64,000 nt of DNA, from the NCBI RefSeq assembly GCF_006345805.1, contig NC_043009.1, positions 46,872,001-46,936,000 on the forward strand. Direction: 5' to 3'. This document shows, piece by piece, positions 50,055 to 63,651 of this stretch. The notes below the pieces were generated by a model that was given only the letters and a program-made list of their open reading frames with translations, was not told where the DNA came from and made no database searches. Source of the stretch: Octopus sinensis. Lineage: Eukaryota. The position numbers and the translations under genes are program-made. Each line of letters opens with the position of its first letter. Within the stretch, counting starts at the first letter, position 1.

Positions 50055-50690
50055 AAAATGTTTTTTTATAAAATTATTTTAGCATTTTCTACCTTGACTT
50101 TTTCCCATATATATATGCTTGAATGGGGAGATGCCTATTGTCTTAATGCTTCTTATCTAACACACACACCGGGGCGATTGCCACTCATTTGTAATTTATA
50201 TTTTTTCTTCCGCAATTTTCGTTGCTTTTGCAACATTGTCAATAGATTTTAATTCTATTCGTTATTGGAGCTGTGTTCTTTTTTGTCTGCTTGTGCGTCA
50301 GCGTGCATGCGTGCTTGTGTATGCACATATGGATGTATGTTTGTAAGTATGTATATAGGTGTGTGTGCATATATGTATGCGTGTCTCTACGTATGTATGT
50401 ATTCTGCGTATTCATGCGTTAGCGTGTGAATGTTTCTGTGTTTGTATGTCTGTGTGTCTGTGTATTTGTGTGTGTATCTCTGTCTCCTTGTGTGTGTGTG
50501 TGTTTGAGTGTGTTTATGAGTATGGGTTTGTGTGATTATATACACGTGGAACTGTTATGTATGGAAGTGTTTCCATGTCATTGTGTGTATATGCCAGTAT
50601 ATATTCGCATGTTTTCTTCTTTTGTGTGTAGAAGCATATATATATATGCATATACACATACATACATACATACGTACATACATACATACG

Positions 50691-50748
<58 letters not shown>

Positions 50749-50749
50749 T

Positions 50750-50833
<84 letters not shown>

Positions 50834-51952
50834 AGGCGCAGGTGTGACGTATTGTAAAACGCTTGTTTCCCAAATACACGGTTTCGGGTTCTGTTCCACT
50901 GGGTGAAACCTTGGACAAATGTCTCCTACTATAGCAAAAGTGACCAATATAATAAATACCAGACTTTTAAAAAATAAGTACCGAGTAGATTTGATCCATT
51001 TAGGCTGCAGTCATTCATAAATTATTTTCTATTATATATTATGTGTGTATACATATAGATAAATAGTGGCACCCCATCGATAACAAGGATGAGTGCTACA
51101 GTTGATCCGAAAAGCAAAACAGCTTGCAAATGACTTGCTCAAGGATACTACGCACCGCCAGGCATCGAACTCACGAACTTACGATCAAGAGTCGAATACC
51201 TTAACTACTCGCCTATAAATATAGGTACCTCTATCCATCCATCCATCAAGCCATCTATACATACATACGTGCATGCATATGTGCGTGTGTGTGTATGTAT
51301 TTATGTATGTATGTATATATGTATGTACACATACATAGCGGCATTGACATCTTAATATTTATTTGAAAATCTGTGTGGAATTTGTAATCAGAAATATGGA
51401 TGAATAAAAATTTTATTTTATCGTAGAGAAAATTGACATTGACCGCTGAGTTAACCCTGCTATTGAATCCATCTGTGAGTGCTGTAATTGTAGTTACTAG
51501 TTATATGTCTTGGTCCATTTTGTTGGTGGCTGATAATGGGTGACATATTGACTGAGATAAGAGAAGACGTTATGAATAGTATAAGCTGAAATAGGTAAGA
51601 TCTATGTTTAAAATAAATATTAAAAGAAGCTAGGAACTTTGTAAGCGTGAAAACAAGAAAACAATTACATGTAGAAAAATGGCTGCAATTCTGATAAGGT
51701 GAAGAGGTATTCAAAGCAAAACAAAAATAGAATTTCTCAGGCGAATTGAATTCAGAAGCACGGAATGCCCATTATTGGGAGTCTTCAGTTTGGCGTAATA
51801 AATCATGCGTGTAAAAATATAAACTAACACTTAGCAGGTGTTCTTATTGCTACAAGGGGAATATTCAACACACCATCAACACGCACAGGTATGACGACTC
51901 AGATTTACATGTTTCTGTTATAATGTACCTACATACGTATACATATATACAT

Positions 51953-52095
<143 letters not shown>

Positions 52096-52242
52096 TATAA
52101 ATATATAATATACATATATATGTATTATACACACATATATACATATATAAACGTCATACGCACACACGTACGCAGATATATACGTACACACAAATACATA
52201 TAAGCGTGTGTGTCTGTCTGCGTGTATGTGTGCGTATGTGTG

Positions 52243-52713
52243 ACCGGAGTATGAGTCTATGTAAATGTGAGGGTCTGGATTTCTGTGTGTGAGTGACTGT
52301 ATTTATTTGCAAACTCTTACAGCTGCAGATAGAAACAGATACTGTTTCTATCTGCAGCTGTAAGAGTTTGCAAAAATGTATTCGTTTGTATGTAAGCGCT
52401 CTTGTACACATGGATATAGGTATGTAGTCTAAGCATGAGTCTAAGTAAGTGTGAGTATCTGGATTTCTATGCGTGTGTGAATATTTATGTGTGCATAAAA
52501 GAAGCCTACATACGCATGTATAAATGTAGGTATCTATAATCAACTGCGTTACACGTCGATCTCTGGATCTTATATTTATGCATATATAATATATATAGAT
52601 AAATACGTTTATACATGCTAATGTATGTTTCTATTATGCACACGCACACATAAATACAGTCACTCACACACAGAAATCCAGACACTCACATTTACATAGA
52701 CTCATACTCCGGT
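52243..52713. mobile_element. Foldback/MITE-like structure with 64-bp terminal inverted repeats (63/64 identical) and an internal perfect hairpin
   Basis: Arms at 52243-52306 and 52650-52713; hairpin at 52306-52374 with 33-bp perfect arms and loop ATA. No TSD seen. Confidence 0.7.
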
Positions 52714-53375
52714 ATTTATATCCATGACATACAAATGATATATTTACAAATTTATACAGCTACAGATAGAAACAAACCTCTTCGAGCACTAGTATATATA
52801 TATATATATATATATATGTGCAGGCGAGTGCATGTGTATGTGTTTGTGTACATATACATATATGTAGGTATCGCTATACGCATGCACTCATATAAGAAGC
52901 CATGCACATATAGAGAGATAAGCATCGATATATACGTGCATAGACTCATACATACATGATCATTCACTTATATATGCACGCATATAGCCATGTACATACA
53001 TACATAAAAGCCACTCACGCACGCGCGCGTACACACACACACTCATATAAACACTATGTATGTTACAATTCGTAATTCCAGTCCCATCTTCACCCCTCTT
53101 TATATTCCTCCAGACTAACGTATCTACGCGTACATATAAGTTCTTGTTTATATATGTATGTGTGTGTGTATATATATATATGTGTATATATATATATATT
53201 ATATATATACATATATATATATATGTATATATATATATGTATATATATATATATGTATACGTATACGTATATACGTAAACACACACACATATTACGTATG
53301 TATGTATATACATATATAGATATAGTTTATATATAGTTAAAAGAAGAAAAGAAAATGGATATGTATATGTGTGCG

Positions 53376-53453
<78 letters not shown>

Positions 53454-53479
53454 CATGCATACATACATACATACATACA

Positions 53480-53510
<31 letters not shown>

Positions 53511-53513
53511 TTA

Positions 53514-54425
53514 TTGAGTCATCCCATAAATAATGCGGTTTTTCCAATTGCATGAACTAAAAGTCGGTGAGGGACGGAATAAATTACTTGCATCAACTTC
53601 CTATAAAATCAGGTGGTAATTTTATCTTGCCCGTATTCTTAGTACTTTTTTCCTAGTGAAGAGTGCAGTTCGATTACAACAGTTATATTTTCAAAGTTAT
53701 AATGTAAGTGACAAAGGAGCATATTCGGCATAGTTTGCCTTATGAGTTCAATAACTGCAACAATGCAACAGATAGTGCAAGGAATATTAATGCAGTTTTT
53801 GAGGACCGCACAATAAGCGTAAGCCAGTGTCAACAGCGATTCCAGAAATCCGAGCCGGAAACTATAGCCTGGAAGACGAGCCTCGTCTTGGAAGATTTGA
53901 AGAGCTCGCCGAGGACGTCCTACAAACCCTGGTGGATCAAAATCCTATCGTAACTGTTGGGGAACTTGCAGAGAAGCCTGGATTTGGTCATTCAGTCATT
54001 CCAGCTAGCGCCAGAAGATAAACGACTATCGTTGGTTTCAAGATGAAAGGTGCTCTTCCATCATGGCCACACGCAGCAAAGATGGCATTCCAAAGGCTGA
54101 AGTAGTTTGAATGGGAAACGATGCTCCACCCATCACATTCGCCGTACATTGCTCCATCTGATTATCATTTATTCTGCAGTCTTCAGAATCATTTGGACGG
54201 AAAAAAATATTAATGCTATAGACGAGGTCTGAACAGTACTGTAAGGGTATTTTTCCGTGACGGACAAGCGAATTTTGGAAGAAGGGCCTTGCACGTCTAC
54301 CAGATAGATGGATGAGTATTGTAGAGAATAAAGGAGAGTATATTTATACTAAAAAAGAACTTTGTTTATCTTAATTTTTTAAAAAATAGAAGAAACAAAA
54401 CCGCAATATTTATGGGATGACCCAA
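53514..54425 (+). mobile_element. Internally deleted mariner element with TIRs and TA TSD
   Basis: TIRs ttgagtcatcccataaataatgcggtttt and aaaaccgcaatatttatgggatgacccaa. KEHIRHSL.YEF...RAGNYSLEDEPR; HSPYIAPSDYHLF. Confidence 0.9.
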
Positions 54426-54443
54426 TATATATATATATACACG

Positions 54444-54504
<61 letters not shown>

Positions 54505-54571
54505 GTATGTATATATATATATATATAATGTATGTTGTATGTATATATGCATATATATATATGTATGTATG

Positions 54572-54611
<40 letters not shown>

Positions 54612-54624
54612 AATATATACATAC

Positions 54625-54676
<52 letters not shown>

Positions 54677-55011
54677 AGAGGGGGGAGAGACAGACGAAGG
54701 AAGAGAGTGAGAGAGAGAGAGATGCATAATCATATGCATATAATAAATAATAATGATACAGTGCTCTGGTGCACTACAATACTTATATCATTGCTCTTGC
54801 AGCCATCCATGAGACCGTGGACCAAGTCCTGGATGAAGAATTTGGAAATCAATTTTACATCATTTGAGCACTACTATGCATTTTCTATATTGAGCGAAGC
54901 TAGCACCCACCTTTCAACTGTATACATACATTCAAACGCTTACATAAGTATATACATGCATACGATCATATGTATATATATATATGCGCATATGTTTATA
55001 TTTATATATAT

Positions 55012-55099
<88 letters not shown>

Positions 55100-55329
55100 G
55101 TATATATAAATTGAATAATGGTAGAAATTGATATTAATCAATTAAAACCAGTGGCCTAGCATATTAAAAAAATCCGAAGATTAAAATATTTTTACATACA
55201 AAATTTAAAGGACTGACCATTAAAAGTAGACAGTCAACATGCTAGATATAGATGTCAAAATCGCTATTTTCCACGAAGAATGTATTCTCAAATAAAAACT
55301 CAGCACAGACCAAAGCGTTAATAATAAGC

Positions 55330-55409
55330 AAGACAAATGAAAATATACGAAATAATAACGATTCGGTACATAGGTAATCGTTATTATTTCGTATATTTTC
55401 ATTTGTCTT
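55330..55409. repeat. Perfect hairpin, 34-bp arms and 12-nt loop
   Basis: aagacaaatgaaaatatacgaaataataacgatt-cggtacataggt-aatcgttattatttcgtatattttcatttgtctt. Confidence 0.92.
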
Positions 55410-55989
55410 TATCTGTGTACAAGTGCACTTACATACATACGGATGCATATTTGCAAATTCATACAGCTGCAGCCAGAAACAGACCTCCAGCTATCGTAAG
55501 AATACACAAATATGTATGTGTGTTTTTTGTTTGGTGGGGTGGGGGGATTTGTGTGTGCATGTGCCTGTGTACATATACATATATCCATATATACATACAC
55601 ACAGATACATTTATAATAAGAACATATACATATATAGATACAGATATGCATCTATATATAGGTTTATAGACACACACACACACATACATACATATATATA
55701 TATATATATATTTATCTATAATATAAATAATATATATATGCATTTATATCATACATATATGTACATACTTACATATATATGTATATACACATATATAATG
55801 ATACAGGACGTCATAGAACGTAAACAACATGAAATACGAAAATATGGAATACGAACTTTTTTGTGAACAACGAAAGAAACAAATGGAAAACAAGACAAGC
55901 AACATAAAGAACGACCCTTCATCAGTTGTAGGCTGGTTTATCTGCTCCACATTTCAAGCATTTACGACAAGATGTGCCTTCGTAAAAAC

Positions 55990-56245
55990 AGTTGCTCCCG
56001 CAAAATAGTTGCTCCTGCCGTTTGGCTCGGCTTGAATAATCCATCTTGCAATTCAGTCTTGTAGTACCGGAGCTGTGACCTTTTAATGCGGAGAAATTGG
56101 CTTGACCAAGAGAGACTTCACGTTAAAGCTTGGTGCCGTCTTGTAACATTACACCACAGATGCTTCGGAAGAATCTCATTTCAGCCGCTGTATTTGCGAT
56201 CGTACTCATTCGGTCATTATCCAACATTTAATAAGCATAGTTGAG
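55990..56245 (-). mobile_element. RTE-clade LINE C-terminal fragment, degenerate
   Basis: Frameshifted translation resembles CWIMT..VRSQIQ.AEMRFFRSICGV...LRIKRSQLRYY. Confidence 0.6.
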
Positions 56246-57716
56246 AATACACACAAAAACTGATAAAACCTCTTTATAAGACGCTCATGCGCGCGCACAC
56301 ATATACAGAGAGAGAGGGAGAAATTTATATGTATATACACTCATACATATACACGTACGTACATACATACATACATACATGCATGCATACATACATACAT
56401 ACATACATACATACATACATACATACATACATACATACATACATACATACATACATACATACATACATACGTACTACATACATACATACGTACATTTCCA
56501 TACATATATATATACAAATATTTAGCGGGAAAATGTAAAATAATATACGAAAATCTAAAGTATACGAACATTTAGGTGCTGGTACGGCTGTGTGGTAAGA
56601 AGTTTGCTTACCGACCACATGGTTTCGAATTAAAATAAATTAGTTGGAAATACCTTAAGCATGAAAATGGACGTTAAAAAAATAAGAACACAATTTTGTG
56701 TGCTTGATGTTAGTATGCACAAAACGTGTTGTAGACTTATGATCTGCACATGATCAGACGTGCACATATTGTCAGCCACTAAGAGACATGCTTAAGGGGT
56801 TAAGATCAAGCAACTGACAAGCAAATTTTATGGTATTGAGCGCAATATTTACTCTAGCGATATTTCTGCTTCGGCAACTCGGTACTGAATCTGTCTGAAA
56901 TGTACTGGAAAATAGATCCGTTTCAAAACATTGATCTCCAGGTCACAAAAGCAGAGTTTGAAGGGTAGAGTAGTCATTTCTTTTGATTTGTGGATAAAAG
57001 TAAATAGAAAATAACACTTTCTGACCAAAGACAAGAAAAAATTAAAATTTTGTCTCACAGTGTTATATTATCCGGAGAAGATATTAGGCTTTACAATAGT
57101 GAATTTTTTGAAGATTTATATTTACATATAGTAGCCTGTTCAGAGTTGTGACCAGATATGGTTGGTTCAAAGAAGCAAATTTCAAAATAATCTAAGATAA
57201 ATAACTGATATTTATATTAGTTTTATAAGGGTGCTCTGATTAATATTATGGGGCATATTTCTATACTTTAAGTGCCACACAGCCAGATAAGTTGTGGAAG
57301 AGATATATGTACTGATGGTAGCAGATTTTTAACTAAGAGGCTGTTAAACATATACGCGATGTCGAAAATTGAATTGTTGTATCGGTGATTAGTATTGCGC
57401 TTTACACTAGCTAGATGCTAGACGGTTGTCATTTAATGAATAAGATGAGGTTTGTTGAAATTGCACCTGGTTGAATATGATGTTTGATTTTGGTTGTTAA
57501 ATTTTGAGAATTTTGTACGGTTACCATTGGCTATTGCATAGTTACGATATTTTGATGTTTATTAAACTAACCTATGATATTTATAATTAAGAATGTTTCA
57601 TAGATTTTAAACGACTGATTAACCACTGGTGAGTAATCTTGAGAATTAGAAGAGAAAATAAACCATATAATTATAAACCTACTTTGTACTTTTCTTTTTC
57701 AATATGTGTTGTGCTT

Positions 57717-58465
57717 AGGCGGCGAGCTGGCAGAAACGTTAGCACGTCGGACGAAATGCTTAGCGGTGTTTCGTCTGCTGCTACGTTCTGAGTTCAAATT
57801 ACGCCGACGTCGACTTTGCCTTTCATCCTTTCGGGGTCGATTGAATAAGTACCAGTTATGCACTGTGGTCGATATAATCGACTTAATCCGTTTGTCTGTC
57901 CTTGCTTGTCCCCTCTGTGTTTATCCCCTTGTGGGTAGTAAAGAAATAGGTATTTCGTCTGCCGAAGTTGGTGAGCTGACAGAATCGTTTGTCTGTCCTT
58001 GTTTGTCGATAAAATGAAGGAACCGTCTTGTAGGTATTAAAGAAATAGGTATTTCGTCTGCCGCTACGTTCTGAGTTCAAATTCCGCCGAGGTCGACTTT
58101 GCCTTTCATCCTTTCGGGGTCGATTAAATAAGTACCAGTTACGCACTGGGGTCGATATAATCGACTTAATCCGTTTGTCTGTCCTTGCTTGTCCCCTCTG
58201 TGTTTATCCCCTTGTGGGTAGTAAAGAAATAGGTATTTCGTCTGCCGAAGGCGGTGAGCTGACAGAATCGTTAGCACGCCGGGCGAAATTGCTTAGCGGT
58301 ATTTCGCCTGTCTTTACGTTCTGAGTTTAAATTCCGCCGAGGTCGAGTTTGCCTTTCATCCTTTTAGGGTCGATAAATTAAGTATCAGTTGTGTACTAGG
58401 CTCGATCTAATCGACTGGCCCCCTCGCCCAAAATTTTGGGCCTTGTGCTTAGAGTAGAAAAGAAT
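57717..58465 (+). mobile_element. Tandem array of tRNA-SINE copies and fragments
   Basis: SINE body repeated three times; tail aaagaaata runs into the internal ggtatttcgtctgccg at ~57945, ~58045 and ~58228. Confidence 0.88.
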
Positions 58466-59409
58466 ATGTGTCACACTTGCACATGTATTGTACATGTAAT
58501 TATATGTACTTGTATATTCATTGTTAATGTATTTTGTTGTAAATGTAATGTATATGTATTCTTAAGTGTATTGTATATGGACTTGTACATGTATTTGTTG
58601 TAAATGTATTATATATGTATTTATTGCATATGTACTCGATATGTATTCATTATATTTGTATTGCATATCTACTTGCTGTATATGTATTGCACTTTATCGT
58701 TATATCTTGTCCTTTTATAAAGCTTCCTTATTGTATGTAGATATTTCATGGAACACAGATTCGTCAAAAGCTAGGTTTTAGATCTTTAATCAAATACAGT
58801 CTTAAATAGGATTTATTAATCTCTGATGAAAGTTAGAGAATTTCTGTTTGTATTTCAATTTATCATTCACACTTTTAAGAATTTATGAAAAGTAACCTGA
58901 CGAAGTAGACAGACAATAACTAGTATCTCCCACACTAGTTATAAATAAATGTGACTATCTCAGATCTTTTCATACTGGAACATCAAAAACCGAAACAAAT
59001 AGCCTGGAAGACAAAGTTACAGGAAAAGTACAAAAGTAAAAATATATCTTTCAATTCTTAATGAAATCAATAAATAAAAGATAGAGCTGGAAGCAAAATA
59101 TGGAAAGAGACAGTTACTACAGAAATATAAGATAGCAAAAAAAGATGAGGCGAAATAAAATAACTACTGAAAAAGAGTTCCTGTTTAACTCACAAAACGG
59201 CTTTCATCATAAAAAGATTCTTAGAACAAATTCTTTGAAGATGAAAATGATTCTTTAATCAAAAGAAAATGCTCAGCTCCTGCCCAAAACAATTTTCAAG
59301 AAATAATAATAAAATAAAATAGAAATCAGTGTAGCAACAGCTGAAGAAGAATCCTGTGGAAGCGTAATGCCAGCAAAAGAATTATTACTATTGACTACAA
59401 TGGACGATA

Positions 59410-59590
59410 AGGTAGGTAACTGGCAGAATCGTTAACTCCTCTGACGAAATACTGGCATTTCTTCCAGCTCTTTATGCTCTGAGTTCAAATCCCACCGTGG
59501 TCGACTATGCTTTTCATCCTTTTAGAGTCGATAAAATGAAGGAACCGTCAAGTAATGGCTCAATATAATCGACTAGTCTCCTTCCCTCAG
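59410..59590 (+). mobile_element. Old tRNA-SINE copy
   Basis: aaggtaggtaactggcagaatcgtt...gagttcaaatccc...gtcgataaaatg. Confidence 0.65.
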
Positions 59591-60545
59591 AACTATTGAA
59601 CATGAATTCTGCAACGTTAATTTCCCGCTCAGGGGAAATGTTGTGATCTCGGTCATTTATACGCCAAGTAAACCGGTAACTGACCGTGTGATTCCTAGGG
59701 CGCTAGGGAAATGAAAAATTTAATGAACCACAATGGACAACAGTGTGAATTCAGCATCTGAGTAATCATGTAAATCAAATTGGAGCTTAGAGATTTGGAT
59801 ATTTGAATAACTATAAGGCACCTTGGTTAAAATAATTATTATGAATAGTGGAAACAACATATAAATAGGTCAGAATAAACAATGAACATTGAACAAAACC
59901 TGAAAACGACATGTCGATAGCTGTCTGTGTATAGCCTAAAAACTCTTAATGCAATATTATCACAGAGAATAATTATTCAGAAAACAACAAATTCAAAAGC
60001 AGAGCAACGGTGATATCGAAACGATTCAAATTGCTCTTAAAAGCCAAGTATAATTAACAAAATTAGAACTGAATATTGTCTGAAAATGGTATCGATTGAT
60101 TATTAGTAACCGTTCCTTATTGAATATCACCCTCGAATTCCAAAAACATCAGGAGCAAACATAATATCTATAATAAACTGGTACATCAAACATGTTAAGA
60201 AAAATTTAGAAAACTTTGAGCAAAGAAAAAATTAGAAAAACGGACAGCACACATAATTTGTACTTCTTTGCCTGGCGTATACATCATTAACCACCATCTT
60301 TAAACAAATATAAATTTAACTGAGATGTATAGGATGAAAATATTTTGTTTTGTAAATCAACTTTTGTATACACATTAGCGATTCGTTAAATCATCTATAA
60401 ATGTCTATGGTGAATACATATATACTCATAGTCGACCTTTTTTCGAGTAGAGTGCGTATTGTGAAAAATTTATGGTTATGGACAATGTGTCTAATTTCGG
60501 CATATTTGGCATTAGAAATTTTTTCGTTTGCCCTTATTTATAAGT

Positions 60546-60608
<63 letters not shown>

Positions 60609-61074
60609 GTATGTATATATATAGATGCATGAATATCACGTCAAATATTATATAACAATCATTCAAGTAGAACTTTCGATGTTTTCAAACCAAAGTTATG
60701 TTTTACGATTTTAAGTAATTTGCGATATTGTTTTCATTTCTTTTATGTTTAATGTAGTATTAACCAGTAGCCGCCATTAAAATATATTAATCAATGGTTC
60801 CGATTTGATTAACCATAAGACATGAATGTATTTAATTGAACATTGCCAGCATGAAATTTATCGATCACATGGAAAGTCTAATGTAATCACTACCTCAAAT
60901 GAATATCATTCTGTTTTGAACAAATATTTCACTCATGATGTGCCATACATTTTAACAGAGACAATGTGTCGCGTGTACCAGTGTCAAAACAGTGTCTCGA
61001 TTTCATGATCTCCAATGTTTCCGTTCTCTTCCTTTTGTTTTCTTACGAATTTGTTTAGGTAGCATGTTTCATTC

Positions 61075-61260
61075 AATTTATCATCACCATCATCATCATC
61101 ATCGTTGTCGTCGTCGTCGTCGCCATCGTCGTCGTCGTCATCATCATCATCATCACCAACGCCATCATCATTATTTTTATCATCATCCTCATCCTCAACA
61201 TTGTCATCATCATCATCAGCGTCGTTGTCGTCGTTGTCATCATCATCATTGTTATTATTA
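61075..61260. repeat. (CAT)n/(CGT)n compound trinucleotide tract
   Basis: Read directly; the poly-Asp/His ORFs are artefacts. Confidence 0.9.
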
Positions 61261-61477
61261 AGGTAGTAGACTGGTTGAATCGTTAGTATGCCGGACAAAA
61301 TGCTTAAGGACATTTCCTCCGTCTTTACGTTCTGAGTTCAAATTCCGCCGCGGTTGACATTGCTTTTCATCCTTTCGAGGTCGATAAAATAAGCACCAGC
61401 CGAGCACTGGGATCAATGTATTCTGTTTACCCCCATCCACCTCGAAATTGCTGCACCTTGTGCCAAAATTTGAAACA

Positions 61478-61545
<68 letters not shown>

Positions 61546-61681
61546 TACTAAAGTAGTGAGCTGGTAGAATTGTCAGCACGCCAGACAAAATGTTGCGCGA
61601 ATTTTGCTCAGTCTTTATGCCTTGAGTTCAAATTCCGCCGAAATTAACTTTGCCATTCACACATTTATTATTATTATTATA

Positions 61682-61766
<85 letters not shown>

Positions 61767-61935
61767 ATATTAATACTACTGCTTCTACTGTTACTACTAT
61801 TACGACTATTATAAGGTAGCAGATTGGTAGAACCGTTAGCACGCTGGATAAAATGCTTTGCGGCATTTCGTCTTCCTGTGCTTAAATGCCACCGAACTCC
61901 CCTCTATCTTCATCTTTTTAGGATCAATTGAAATA
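61260..61935 (+). mobile_element. Chain of three SINE copies or heads separated by (ATT)n/(ACT)n tracts
   Basis: Heads at ~61260, ~61550 and ~61812, each preceded by ATT/ACT repeats. Confidence 0.75.
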
Positions 61936-61959
61936 AAATACGTGTTCGTTACTGGAGCC

Positions 61960-62500
61960 CATGAAAGCGACTCGTCCGCTCCTTTGAACTTTGCTGGTTT
62001 TGTGCAAAAACATTTGGAAGACTTATTAATATAGCCATCACTCTCTGTAAGGCAGGCTTGGCTTACCGTGACTGCTGATGCCCAGACACGCGTTGAAACC
62101 ACACTACCGACAGATTTTCCTGGATATTGAGCCGTTGTGGTCCCGTTTTTAAGACACGTCTTTCCGCAGCTAATCACTTTGACAGATCTCCTTTCTGAGT
62201 AAAGAAAACCCAAAGATAGGGCACCTGGCATTTGAAATGTCTTCAGATATTCACTGCCTACGTTACCAATATACAGAGATCTAATGGAAATAAGAGCGAT
62301 GACGTTCTCGGGAAACTCTGGGCGTCGACAAGGGCGAACTAGTTGGTCGGTTTTGGAAGACTTTTGGATCGAGAACTACCATGGATAACTTCCTGGAAAA
62401 ATGGAGACCACCTCCTCCTGTGGGATGAAGTTTAAATAATAGACAGAGAACACCACTGGAAAATACGAAAACTAAAAGCAGCACATATGCCAGGACACAA
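61960..62500 (+). mobile_element. Degenerate DIRS-like retrotransposon fragment (RT end and RNase H)
   Basis: Frameshifted pieces FGRLINIAITLCKAGLAYR, LITLTD, DLMEIRAM, LKAAHMPGHNN.LSR resemble the DIRS motifs LGKL.FA, TDAS, LELxAV and HIPGxxNxxADxLSR. Confidence 0.4.
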
Positions 62501-62599
62501 CAACCTCCTAAGCAGACCGAGTGCAGATATGAACAGCATAAGGAAGGATAGGAGAATATTAGATTTATAAGCCCTAAAATTCACTCCATAGTTGCCCAA

Positions 62600-62662
62600 G
62601 GGCATATGGCATAGTGGTTAAGAGCGTGGGCTACTAACCCCAGGATTCCGAGTGACCTGAAT

Positions 62663-62701
<39 letters not shown>

Positions 62702-62880
62702 TAATAATAATAATAATAACGAAAAATACCTTAGGAATGAGAACTCAGGTTCGAAATTTTCCCAAGACACCTGATGAAGGCTGGAGGGAATATCAACCGA
62801 AACAAACATGAAGACAAATATCCGTCAAATGTAAATAACGTAAATAATGTACATAATTCCTCATCTCTTAAATATAGAAT
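62600..62880 (+). mobile_element. tRNA-headed SINE with internal (AAT)n and a partial hammerhead core
   Basis: A-box-like tggcatagtggtta; CTGATGA at 62771-62777, stem GGCTG/CAACC, GAAAC at 62799-62803. Confidence 0.6.
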
Positions 62881-62954
62881 TTTATTAGTTTTTATTACAT
62901 GAGAAAATGAAAGTAAATCTTCATATTTCAATATAAGCACCAGTAGCGAGAACC

Positions 62955-63651
62955 AGTCCGGGATATCAGTAAGAACCTCCTGAATCTGTGTATCCAAGTC
63001 CTCCAGTGTGCGAGGTTTAGTTTGGTACACCTCATCTACTATGTAACCCCACAGGTAAAAATTACATGGAGTGAGATCTGGACTTCTGGACTTCTGCAGT
63101 TACAGCCTTCAGGTTTTAGCTCCTGCACGTAATGGGGTTTCCACAGACGAAAATTCAATTCTTTATGCAACACCGTACGTATTGTGTGTCTTGTTAGTCC
63201 ACTTTTACGAACTATTTATGAGGTATTGATTTCTGGGGGCTGCAATTCAATATTTCTTGTATTGTTGCCACATTCTCCACTGATCGGGATGTGGTTGGAC
63301 GACCACTTCTTGCATTGTTCACAGAACCCGTTGTCATCAGCTTTGCTTAACAACTTTTTATTGTCTCCGGACGTAGCGTTGCACGCTTACCTTTCCATGC
63401 ACGCCACCATCTCTGAACTAAAACAATGGAATTCCACATTCCATAGCGTGCTGCTATCTTAGCTCGCATCTGAACAGTCAAGCAACCGGAAATCTGGAAA
63501 ATAAGAAATAAGAAATAAGGCAATGAAAACATAAGAAATCCCCATTAGTGTTGTCAGGACTTCATTGAAATCCCCATTAGTTTCGTCAGGACTTCATTGA
63601 TCTAAAATTCTATTAGCAATTTCTAATGCCTACTTACTTTCCGCCACCCTG
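62955..63651 (-). mobile_element. Tc1/mariner-superfamily fragment (maT/rosa-like), internally deleted and 3'-truncated
   Basis: One end TA|CAGGGTGGCGG; RAKIAARY..WNSIVLVQRWWR; SPDLTPCNFYLWGYIVDEVYQTKPRTLEDL. Confidence 0.75.

Larger units (their letters stand above)
49811..50113. repeat. Inverted repeat (~97-bp diverged arms 49811-49907 and 50017-50113), each arm with a minimal HHR
   Basis: ttgaaaaagtctca.tga.tgaaaccggta...tttataaaa..attttagcattttctac is present in both orientations. Confidence 0.85.

Noticed and set aside
58950-60100. Faint LINE-like peptide traces (KYKIAKK..., IA.L...KTLNAILSQRI)
   Set aside because: Too decayed to assign boundaries or clade.
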